Shown here one piece after another: positions 21,209-33,703 of a stretch of DNA of 64,000 nt. The stretch lies in assembly GCF_022539665.2 (NCBI RefSeq), contig NC_081332.1, positions 5,332,001 to 5,396,000 of the forward strand, given 5' to 3'. The notes under the pieces were generated by a model, which was not told the origin of the DNA, did no database searches, and saw nothing but the letters and a program-made list of their open reading frames with translations. Origin of the DNA: Daphnia carinata (Eukaryota). How positions within the stretch are numbered: position 1 is the first letter of the stretch; each line of letters begins with the position of its first letter. The position numbers were made by a program, and so were the translations under genes.

Positions 21209-24200
21209 TCAGGCGTGAATTTCTTCAGATCTTCCATTCATTAATCGACCGTTGGCATGGCCATTCCCCTTCGATTCGAAGATCACGTCCGAATCCGTAT
21301 CAGAATCTAAATCTGACGGAAGCAGGCTGTTTGACACTACCGAAAAATTTTCTTAGTGAACAAAAATATTTACAAATATTGAAAGTTAAATATCAACCTT
21401 TGTTTGTCATTCGCAATACTTCCGGATCTGCTAGCGGTGAATAACGATGCAATCGACGTCGCTTCTTGGGACAGTATCGTTTGCACGGCAAGGCACCTTT
21501 ACGACACATATAGACTAGTGACCCCAAAGCCAGCACAAGAAGGATTACCAGGATTACAACAATGATAACTACATACACCAGGCTCCAATCTGTTCACAAG
21601 TAGAAGATTAGAATTATGTCAAAGAAGCAGAGCAGATTATTTTGCCATTGAATCTCATTACCGCAGTTGTAATCAGCTCCATTCGATATAGAAATAGGAT
21701 TTTCCATCCAGAACGTTTGACAGATGCATCGGCGGGTAACTTGATCGCATACTCCGTGGCCTAGATCATAGAATACGTTACAGAACCATGGTTTTTTTTT
21801 TCAATATTTAATATGTGAAAAATAAAACCAGAGCAGTTGTTTTGGCAAATAGCGGTATCGACTTCCAGCACCGGGTAGGCCAGTAGATTAATGTCGTTGC
21901 GAAGTTTCTTTTTAAGCAAAGCTGCCACTTCTGTTCCTGGAAGCGTCCGCCAACCACTTTCTGACTTGACAGTGGTAAAAAACTGTAGTACTGTACGAGC
22001 GTAACCTTGGACGATACACATTAAATTTTTAATTAGAAAAATAAAATAAAGAAATCTGTAATACCTGATTTGGGTTCAACCATGACGTCATCAATGTTTA
22101 TGTTTATGTTAATACTACCCTGCTGGTGGAGCAGCAGCGCTATCTGTTCCCGAATTGTGGACAACTCGCTATCGGTGAAGCTACGCGGGTCGCTCTTTAG
22201 GGTGATAGTAACAACATCGAGTTCCCGTGGGTCTGCGTAAAATCCGACAATAAAAGATGAAAATATGCCGTGAGAACACGCTCATCTGTCGGTATTTGGC
22301 TTACTTGAATGTATGAGAAGAGTGGCAATATCATGATCCGAAAGGCCCTGGTTGTCGGTGACCGTTAAACGGAATACATATTTGCCAGGAACAAGATTTG
22401 TTAACTATGAATTTTTAAACGAAGTATTAACAGATGTCTACAGCTTTTTTTACAAACTAAATTATTTTCTAACCATTAGGGAACTCGTACGATCACTGTT
22501 GGCAATAATCGCCCCGGCGGCCAGACTTTCTGGTTCTCTTGTCCAGAGCCATGATTGAATGCCCAAATCATCTGTTGATGCCGAGCCATTCAGGATAATC
22601 CATTTAAGCGGAAGGGAAACGGACTGGTCACCACCAGCATTCGCTTTCGGTTTCTCATTCTCCTCTAAAAAAAAAAAAAAAGGTAAATAACAATAATGAT
22701 AAAATCAATAGAAAAATTCGATTAAATATGATTGCTCAAATGGAGGAAAATGTGTTTACTTTGGAGTACTGATACTGTCACATTATCGACTCCGCTGACT
22801 CCACTGTCGTCCCAGGCTGTTAACTGAAAGACGTACAGACCCTTAGTCAGAGAGGTAACATTAACCTGGGGTTGGTCGTGTCCAAAGAGCACCGCTGTGT
22901 TCGGGCCCCTAAAATCTATAATAAGAATGAAAGTTCTCTAGGAACGTATAATTATCCGTCAATTACTCGAGCTGGGCCCATAGCCACTTGTGGATCCCAA
23001 TGTCATCAACCGCTTTCGATTTTGAGCCATCCAAAATAACCCAGTTCGATGGAAGAGTGATGGCAGTATTCTTTCCTGCATCGACTGTCCAATGCACGAA
23101 GTAATTGATTAGTAATACTAGCGATAATAAATTCTTAAAAAATAATACCTCGAGGTTCAGAAGTTGCTGGACGTCGCACGAAAACATCTACTTGGGCGGT
23201 AGAAGATTGTCCTGCTACGTCATAAACTTTTAGTTGGAATCTATACATCCCCTCGGCAAGGTTGGAGATTTGAGGATAAGGAGTCCGGGTGTTCTGTACA
23301 AACGCAACGCTTAATGGTCATCAGTTACGTAAATAGGATTGAATCAAAATATACCTGCATGTCAACCGCTTTGATGGCTTCATTCGTTCCTAGTTTGGAA
23401 CCCTCAGTCATCAATATCCATTCCCATGAAGTAATGCCGTGATCATCAGTACTCTTATTGCCGTTTAAAGTAATTTGGTTTTGTGGCAGGTAAATCACAA
23501 CTGATTCTCCAGCGTTGGCTTCAGGTGGGTAGTCAGTCTCTTTGATGACTTCAACGCTGGCCAATGTCGAATTCGATTCGCCATCGCTGTCCGTCACCGT
23601 TAATCCGAATGTATAATTTCCCGGCACCAGATCTGTTTCGTAAAATGAAATTACTGAAGGTTTGCCATAAATGAATTTACTGGAAATCCTCATACCCGTG
23701 AGTTCTAGAGTAGTTTGGCTTTTAGGTTCAAACTGATAATTGATAGGTCCTTTTTCAAGATTCCATTTGTACGATACAATTTTCGTATCATCAGTGCTTG
23801 TTCCACCATCGAAAATGGCCACGTTGTTAGGCAAGTGAACAGTTTGAGAAGACGGTACGATAACAGCCACAGGGGGTTTGTTGGCTCGTAGCGCTACATA
23901 GATAAACAAGCCGATATAAGAAACAGGTTTACAGCACAAAGAAAAACTTTAAACGGTAACTTACGGGCAAGAACTGTGAGATTTGCAAGAGCCGCCCCAA
24001 ATGAATTTGGAGAACTGACTGTTACATTGAAGGTGTAATTTCCAGGAGATAGTTGGCTGAGCTTCAGAGTTTTCTCGTTAAGGCCTTCGATGTTACCCGG
24101 CGGTTGGTCTTTCGGATAACTCTCTACTATCCATGTATAAGTGTATTCTTCTCCCAACTCAGGATCGGGAACGACAATTGCGGTTATGTTTGACTTAAGT

Positions 24201-25012
24201 TCTGGTAGTTGAATGGAAGTTGGACTGATATGGATGGCTAGGTGTCTGATGTATCGCGTAGTTGATGTCGTGCCTGGGGTAGTACTAGTACTGATCCAGG
24301 AAGGCAAGGTTGTTTCAGCTACATTAGTTGTTTCAGCTGCATGAGATCCCTCATTTAAAAAACAGCTGCCATTTAAGTTTCTGATGAACCCATCTTTACA
24401 TTCACAACATCCATTCCTACGACGCTCACTTATAGATTGGCATTCTTCATTCTCAAAACAATTATCCACTCCAACTTCACAACTTTTCGAGAACTCTGAG
24501 CACTTCCTAAAAGACAGAACAGTTTTATAACAGTTTTTAGAAAAACACATATGTAATAATGGTAATTTACCTTGTAAACTCTCTTACAAGCACTGTTTGA
24601 GTTGTGTTACTTAAATTAGATTCAGAAAGGTGGCAGTCTTCTACTTTTTCACAGTGAACCTATTGGAAAAAATAAAAATTAAGGTTTAAAGTAAACATCA
24701 TTCGACCAGAATCTATATCTCAATTTGCCAAAATGTTTAGCAGCTTACGTTGTAGCAAGTTGTATTCTGCACAATTGCTATATGGCAGTCATTCAATAGG
24801 CTGCAACATTTATTTGCACATTCTGTAATGTTTAAGCCTGCTATTTTTTGGGCATTGCTGGACTTGCTAATTTGCTCCAAAGAAAGGCTTTGTGATGTTT
24901 GGACTTGGAGAGATGAAGTTCCACAGATTATTTCATTTTTCTCAGTGGATTTTTGTGAAGTCGCAAGTGGAAAAATTGGTAAAAGAACAAAGACTAGAAC
25001 GCAGTAATGCAT
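21209..25012 (-). CDS. KIAA0319L: KIAA0319/KIAA0319L-like (AAVR-type) single-pass membrane protein
   Basis: Signal peptide, Cys-rich MANSC-like domain, several PKD repeats (PPEANAG, LNGNKSTDDHGI, KANAGGDQ), CQNNCSG EGF-like segment, TM helix VVIIVVILVILLVLAL, and tail with DSDVIFES. Confidence 0.92.
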
Positions 25013-26830
25013 TTAAATAAAAAAACTTAACGTGTTAGGGATACAGCACTGCCGTTGACCACAAAGGTTTTCAGTTGGCTGTAATAACTTATGATAGCAA
25101 ATTCGAAGGGGGCGTTCAAATTATAATGCAGCACTTCAAAAGTTTATTGGAGGATGGAAGCTGACCATTAAGGACACATGGACAGTTCGATTAACGATTG
25201 CAATTCGAAATGAGACTGTGACAGCTGCAAGAGATTATGCGGTTCAGAAATCTATTATTATTAAAGTGAGAGCCATCTAACGAGGAAAACGAAATACACG
25301 TTTTATAAAAAAAATAAGGGTAATAACCTGAAGTCAAGATCTCCAGGTTTATCTTTTCATTTTATCGAGGAGTGCAGCAAATCAGCTATTACTTTGCGGG
25401 CCAACAAGACAACAAAATATTTACACGTTTCTTAACGCCAGTAGGAACGTGCAAACGTCTCATGTAGTGTATAGCACAATCGTCTGATGTAATTTCATAA
25501 AAATGTCATATTAAATATTTGGGTTATTCATGTGCGTTACAATAACGGAAAAATGAACTACTAAGTAACACAAAAAATGTTTGACGGTATTTGTAAATAT
25601 GTTTACTTTATTCAGCAATATCATGAATAGATTTACACATTTTTCGGTCATTAAACGGTCCATCAAAAAAACTATTCGTCATTATCATTAGAGCTGCTAT
25701 CTGTCTTGATTACGCTACGTAAGCATTGCTTCTCGTATAACTCCTATGACCTTTACAATAGTTAACGCTTCGGTTTGCATCCAAAAGTGTAGGTTCTATA
25801 AAAACGAATACAGAGAATTATTATAAATGGAAAAACAACGCCAGGTAACCGAAGAGCAGTCAAGGCAAATTTTCAGTCTTATGGCAGGGCCGACATTTTC
25901 CCTCTCTTATATATCCCAGGGCTTCCAGTCTTCGCAATCTGTTGGGAAAAAAAAAAAATAATTTGAGGGGCTTCAATTGAGTCAAAACTTCGCGAGCATC
26001 GGCACCAGATACGGCGTGAGTCAGGCCACAGGAGGTCGGAACCTTGGTTTAACACATGCGAAACATAGCATTAAACCATATCACTTCCCCTGCGTCTTTA
26101 TCACGACATCCGCGTCAATAGCATCGCTAAATTCTGACCGCAAGTCGCCCCTCTTTAATCGCTATATAGTAAAGTGGAGCCTACAGGAGACAGAGGAACC
26201 TTGATCTGAGAATGCAATAATGCCATTTCTTAGAACATTTCACCGCTCCCGCAGCGTCTACACTAAAGTACCCGCACCAAATCAACTGTTTTCTGATGAA
26301 AAGTCATAAGTCAAGGTACAAACTTATTCCAACTTACCTGCTGATATGACATCCTACTGCTCAACGCTGGTATTCTTCATAGGAGTACGTAGCTGCTGAC
26401 CCGTCTACTCCTACATATAGGGAAATGCAAGCCTGATATTACTATAATGTTTGGAAATTTTCATATTAAAAAATGGGGGTCAAGTGGCGAACCGACGTTG
26501 TTCGAAATTCAAGCGGGGGGTGCTCCCTACGAAGGTGCATCACAGATCGCTATCAGATACGAAATCTACGACCCTTGAGCGTGATGCACCCTGTGAGACG
26601 ATGGCACACGAATGCTGCGTGGCACTAGGTACCACCCGTCTACCGCTTAGTTCATCTTGGCTGCCTCACAGAGCCCGTATCCACTTGAATCTCTTCCAAC
26701 ACAGTACCACTCAACCCCACATTAAGGGAAATAGCGTCACCAAATTCCAATAATGGTTGGTTGGGTTGTCATTTTACGGTCGGCCGTTGGTCAGTCGGGC
26801 GGCAGAATCAGTGTTTGGTGCCGGCAGAGT

Positions 26831-26844
26831 ACGCCACCTGGTGG
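26831..26844 (-). promoter_or_regulatory. CTCF consensus site (candidate insulator)
   Basis: The minus strand reads CCACCAGGTGGCGT, a near-perfect CTCF core. Confidence 0.55.
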
Positions 26845-29800
26845 GTAGGAGTTCACATCCTACCCCTAAATATGGGAAAGTGGTTCACGCACAATCGATA
26901 CAGATGCAGTTCCTCGAGAAGTGTAGTAACGGTTAGTGCACACTTTTGCCACCACGTTCGATTGGCGCCTCTTGGCATTTTTTTGCACGATATTTTAAAT
27001 AAACATAATAATGAAAAATTTAATTACTGTTTAATGCTATTTTCGGGAATTAAATGTTGCAACTAATTAAAATATATGTCATTTAATTAAATTCAAATGA
27101 ATTTCTTTCTTATTCAAATTACCTTGTTTAATCTATGGGCGTGTTCACTTCGACTGTTATGTTCCAATAGCATTAAACTAAATAATCAAACAACATTAAT
27201 TGTTATTTTAAACTTCATATAATCATAATTTTTTACTAGTAAACCTCTCATTTTTAAATCGATAAATCCGAAAATAATTAATACATTGTAGCAAACAAAT
27301 AAACGCTGCGTCCCATAGTAATCCTGAATAAAATTTAAACAAATGTTTAGAGAGAAGGTGAAAGTATCCGAGCGCCTTTCGTTTTCTACTGACCAGGTGC
27401 GTTGTATGGCTGATTGACCTAGATGTCTGTAATGATGAAAACGAATACATTTTTTTTTTTGGTCTGTTCTAAAAGGGGAAGGGATGTCCCCCACCGGTCA
27501 GTGCGATCCGATCGATGTTTTCGCCAATTTTTGTTTGTGGCCATCTCCTTATTATTCACAGTCCACGCGCGTATGTCAGCAGATGCACCCTGACATAGAA
27601 AAACGAAGAGTGTCCTTATAAAAATTCGAAAAATAAAAAGGAAACTGGAAATAGAAGGAGAGAGTGGAACGCTATCCGCTGTGTTAAGGGCAGGGGCGGT
27701 GGTAAAAGACAAAGAGGACCCAACAGTTATATGAAAAAAAAAATATATATATATACTGTATACCCAACGATCTGACCTTGCTGCTCCAGTTATTATAGAC
27801 ATTGAAATTCGCTTTCAAAAGAGTTGAACCCCTTTTCCTTTTCATTGAAGGGCACGTGTTCCAAAAACCGGCCAGTGGTCCAGAATCAGGTCAAACTAGG
27901 TCGGTTGCTATTTTCACTTTTTATTTATCAGCTGCTTCCTTCCACTCCAAATTTGCCATTTTTTTTTTTTTTTTTTTTTAAATGCAAGTTGACCGGGTGC
28001 TACTCCGGAGTCCTCTGGTCTATCGTGTTGATTCGCTACCTATGTCGCTAGATCAATTAAAAACACATCAGAATAAGAAAAGAACCAGATGTTTAAAAAT
28101 ATTCATAACTTACCCCCGCGCTCTCCATCAATGAATTTTCCTAATTCATTTTAAGTTATCCTAGAAATTAAAAAAAAATAAATCATTAAAATTTGATGTT
28201 ATTTTTAGTAAACAGGGATTTCTTTTCCCCCCTATATTTTATTTAACACCAGATGTGTTTAAACATTTTTTTTTTTTTTTTAAAGGGGGAAACTTGAAAA
28301 AAAAAAAAATGGCGAGAGTTACAAGGATGAGCACAGAAAAAAAAAGGGTGCGAAGAAAGTTAACCAGAAGTCGAAGAAAACCAGAAGGCAATATATTTTT
28401 TTAAAGGGACCATCGCGGGTGTCCTGATTCGCTAATATCGTCCAACAGCCAAAGAAGAAGAAAAAACACGAAGGGGAGGGGGGGAAAGGCCAAACTGTCA
28501 CAGAGAAGGGGTGGTGAGAGACCAAGAAAACGCAGACAGTCGTAAAAGTCACTTGTCTATTATAAGCAACAGAGTTGTTGAGTGAAAAAAAAAGCTCCTC
28601 TTCTATTTTTTTTTGTTGTTGTTTCCGTTCTCTGTTTTTACCATTTTTCAGAGCAAAAAAAAAAAAATAAAATAAAAATATATTAGAAGTGTGAAATAAG
28701 AGAAGATGGCCATACGCTTACGACCACCATAAGACCGCACAAACACGGTCGTAAATCTCGCATAGTTTTCGACGACTAAGTATACAACTTCTCTTTTTTA
28801 ACTATCATCGAGCTACTGTTTGGATGCAAAACAAAACAAACACATATTCTATGGTACAAACGCTGTAACTGAAGAGCCTCCTCATCATTTTTTTTTTTTT
28901 TTTAGATCTAATGTTCGTTTAAAGAAAATCAAGTTCTCAGGGAAGACGACAGGTACGAAAGAAATTACGTATGAACGTACGTTTTTTTTTGTTGTTTTTT
29001 TTTTGGCATTGATGAATGAAGTCGTGGGATTCAAAATGAAACCGGAGAAAGCCAAAACCTGCAAAGGAATGTTTTGAAGAGAAAAAAAAAAAAAGATCAA
29101 AACGTGATGCTGGTTTTTGCCAATGGAGTCCCCTAACGGTTTAGTTCGTCATGTGAACGTCATAAAAAAAGAGTGTTCCATGCGACAACAACAAGATTTT
29201 TGGCTAACATGAAAGAGAAACCCCTTAAAAAAAAAAAAATCATATCTTTTTTTTTTTTTTTTTTCGAATGAAATTCCGCCGTGTTTTTCTCTTGAAACGA
29301 TGCGACACAAAACGTAGAGCCCCTTCATCCCTCCCCCCCTTTGCCTATGATGAATGTGCTCTGCTGGATGGAAAAGATTGGCAAAAATGTTGTGCCCTCT
29401 CTTTCTCGAAGAAAAAGACGCCACTCGGGGTCTTTGAGGGCGCCCTCTTTTACGTCTACGGTCGCGTAACACAAAAGACCGTTCGTTTCGCTTGCCCCTT
29501 TTTCTTATGAATTACAAGAAGAAGCGAAATGTTGAGAAAAGCGACTGAGATGAATGGGGTAGACGGAGGAAAAAAAACGGGGCACTGGCCACTGAATATC
29601 CCATATCACACAAACACAAATAATAAATAAATAATAATAAAAAAAAAACAAGTCTGGCAAGGAGGAGGGAACGTTGTAAGAATCACCATGACGCACAACT
29701 GTATTTATGTGTAGACCAGTACAAACAACAAAATGTTGTCTGTTGTATACAGACATCATAGATTTCAAAGCCACGCTAAAATTTAAAAAAAAAAAAAAAA

Positions 29801-31629
29801 AATGTTCAGTTTCTTTCGTAAATAAACTTTTCTGCGAGCGTCCAAGACTCGGCAGCAAAATTTCACAACATTTCTTCCCCCCCCCCCGCCTTTCTGTTTT
29901 TAGGTCCACATCTTCTCAAATTACCCACAACATACAAACTTCTTTTTTTCTAAACCTTCCAATATTTATTTATTTATTTATTTATTTTTTTTTTTTTTTT
30001 GACCGGAGTCTTCCGGCCAACCCTAAAAAAAAAAAAAAATCTATTGAAATTGTGAGCTATCCGACTCTGTATTCTTAGCTAGTGTCGATTCAGCATCTCA
30101 AGCCAAACCGGAGCAAAGTTATAAACGGAAGGAATGTCCTGTCACACAAAAACATTTCCAAAGCGGAAAGGAATGACGACATTTTCCCCTTTCATTCTCT
30201 TTCTCCAGACAAAAAAAAAAAAATAGGAGTAAACAAATGTCTGGAAGAAATGAATGGAAATCCGGACATGCAAAGGTATCTCCGTTCAACCCCTTTTTTT
30301 TTTTTTTTTTTTTCTTTTGGAAATCGTATCAGCAAACCGGAATAAAAAAAAAAAAGGGGGGGGGGGGATACAAACAAAATCTTTTTCTTAAACAATTTTT
30401 TTGTTTTCCTTCCGACATTCTCTACGTATTCCCCCCCTTTTTTTTTTTGTTGAAATCTTTGAAGGAAGAAGGGGGGGGGGAAGAAACAGTTAGCATCTAT
30501 AGGATTATAAACATGATTCACTTGTATTTATTTACAACGGTTTTGTTGTTCGTTTTTTTTTTTTTTATTATTGTGTTCCGATAATGGTAGCGATATCAAT
30601 ACGCTTCCATAACTCTTTTCCTTATGTTGTTCAGGTGGGTTCATAACAAAAAAAAAAAAAAAAAAAGGGTTTTCCCCCTTACGTGTGGAATTTGAATGAC
30701 TTTCAAACGATCGCCTTTTATTGTTGCGGAGGGGTTAAAAAAAAAAAAACAGCAATGTCGCAAGATTGATGTGTCCATAGAAAAATGGCTGCCAATGTTA
30801 CCTACCCGTATGCAGAATTTTGAACAATAAAATAAAAAAAAATGGACCCAACGGAATTTTGCGGAACGCGATGGATGATCATCAGATAAGGTTTCTGGCA
30901 TTGTGGAACACACTGACACCTACAACCCTCATATTCTCAACGGAGAAACGACATTTACGAGTGTTCCAGTCACACACATTTGTTTGTTCTAACATGTCGA
31001 GTTGCGCATTTTTCATAACCCGCAGTTTTTATTTGGTCCTACCCTGGCGCATTTGCAAACACCAACGCTCCTGAAATCATTTATTTTTAAATGTCTTCTA
31101 ACTTGTTTTTTTGTTTTTTTTTTTAAAGAAGGAAGAAACAAGAATGGCTTACATGAAATGCGTATTCAATATCGGTTGATAGTTATTTTTCTTACGTTCA
31201 ACTCCTCCTCCTTCCGGAAAAGACCACCCTTTTAGCAGTTCGATATCCTTCGATATATATTTTTTTTTCTTTCTCCAACATGGACGTCAACTTGTTGTGT
31301 AGCTTCCTCAATATCCATCAGTATCACAAAAAAAGAATTTTTTTTTTTTTTTTTTTTTTACCCTCCCATTTTTGAATGGATGCGAATAACGCGTAGCCAC
31401 ATAATATCGCAATACGCTACGCTTTTCTATGTTATTACAACCCTAAAGCTCCCTTTTTTTTTTTTTTTTTTGCCAAAAAAATAATAAATAAATGGGTAAA
31501 AATGTTTTCCCCTCACTGGCCTCCTTTTCCTATCTGTGGGAAAGCGAACGGCGCAGGTATGTGTGTTCACGTATAGGTTAACTTCTTCCTTCCCCACCTT
31601 CCCAAGGTTCCACTCCCTCTTGGCCATTA

Positions 31630-31660
<31 letters not shown>

Positions 31661-33679
31661 CTGCATCGTGTGTTGGGCAAAGAGATTCCTCGTATTCTAT
31701 TGACCGAACGTAAGAAAGATGAGGATGAACCGATGGCACAGCAGCACGTCCGTGTGGTTAAAGGCCTTTCATGGTTCACACACACATAAGCGATGGGCGC
31801 TATAGTAAATATACTAAAAGGTTCCCATTGATTTCTTCACAACTCGAGGATAGTTAATGGATAGAAAGATGAAAAAAAAAAAGGGGGAAGGGAAAAAGAG
31901 TAGGTCAATCTGCAGAAAAGAAAAAAAAAATAGCGGTGCTTCTAACGGTCAAAAATTTAAGATCGAAATTATTTGAAAATGAAAGCGCAGAAGCAAATTG
32001 CAATAATGATTTCGCATGAAACAAAAATGCGCATCGTATTTTTTCTCTTCCTGCGCTGGAATGATGTGCAGCAGCCAATAAATAATATATTATTATGTTA
32101 ATGCGCATGTTTGTTTTTTTTCTACGTCGAATTTCCATTGGTTACGTGCAATACGAGATCACGGCAAAAAAAAAAAAATGATGGGGTGGAGCCCCCTGTT
32201 TTTTTTTTTGCCCCTATATTGGGGTGGTTGTTGTCGCGTAACCAACTGGAAGTAGACGATCATACGGATAGTCGGAAACCGGAACAACACAAAAAAAAAA
32301 AAAAAAACTAAATGGGGAATTTCCCTATTCGTGGTTACAGAAGCTCCGCCCATAGTGGTAAGTGTAGCACGGACGTTATGGAGATCGGTATCAGCCGCAA
32401 CAACAGCCATGTTTAATCTTCTTGGGATGGATCGTGAAATAAAAAAAAAATAAAAAAAATAAAAAATCTTTAACTACGATCGAAGAATGCCACTTGTAAG
32501 ACGATCGTTGATGTCCAAAGTCGTCGTTTCCGGTTGGGATCAAGAAAAAAAAAAAGAAGCGTAACACAAAGAACGGGGAGAGAAAGAAGGTTGGTCAAAC
32601 ATCTACGAGTTTGTAGCCACAATTGAATCGTCTACACATGTTATGAAATCGCACACGCGATCTAGTGTGTAACTGCGGTTGTATATGACATAAAAAAAAA
32701 AAAAAAAGAGAACTCGATCATTTCTTTTGACAATAACCACATCCTTCTTAAGTGGATATGTGGCCACTTTTGCTACCTTACGAACCCCCTGGTTAGTCCT
32801 TTAAAAAAAAAAAAACTGAAGGATTTTTACAAGACGTTGAGAAATTGAATGAAAGTGTAAGACTTGACCAGATAGACTTAAAAAATCGTAAAAATGTGTA
32901 GTACTATGGATTCCACAAGATGCCTGGCTACTCAAGTAATCTTGTTATAAAGGGACTAGAACGGATAGAGAATGCGCTAGACTGTATGGAAAGCTTCTTC
33001 TTTTTTTTTTTTTTTTGGATTGTGTCCATACAAAAAAAAAAAAAAAGGAGTTGTTATTGAAATGTCAACCATTCCAGTCTACTTCGTTAAATCCAAATCA
33101 AATTGCAAAACAGTAGGGAAACTCTTCAACTATAAATGAAGCTAAAAACATCGGCCATTTTATCTGCACATTCCCACACAGGAAAAAAAAATATTTCTCT
33201 TCGTTTCTCGCTTCTTTTTTTTTCTGTTGCCAGCATACTCGGATAGGATATGTAATAAACTTTGATTCCGTTTCGTTCTAAATGCATGGAATTATAGCGT
33301 TGAAAAAAAAAATAAGGAGGGAAACAGGGGAACCGTGAAAACATAGCCGATACAATTCAAACAGACTCCACATGTGCTTTATAAATCGCCTCGGACGTAA
33401 ATCAGCTGGACATTCAATGGGAATCGGAAAAATAAAATTTCAGGAAGAAGAAAAAAAAATACAGGGAATCTACAGTGGACGGAGATAGATGTCGGCCAGC
33501 TTGTGGTGGACGCTGGACGAAGTCATACGAAAGGGCGATATTACACCCCTCTGGTCAGTTTTTCTATTGCATTGCCTAGCCAATTCATTCAACCCTCCCC
33601 TTCAATCCCACCCCATCGATAGGGATGGGAAATAATTTTATTGTCCAAAAAAAAAGAAAAAGAAAATTCAAAAATAATG

Positions 33680-33703
33680 CAGCAGCAGCAGCAGCAGCAG
33701 CAG
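33680..33703 (+). repeat. (CAG)8 microsatellite
   Basis: Read directly from the sequence. Confidence 0.95.
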
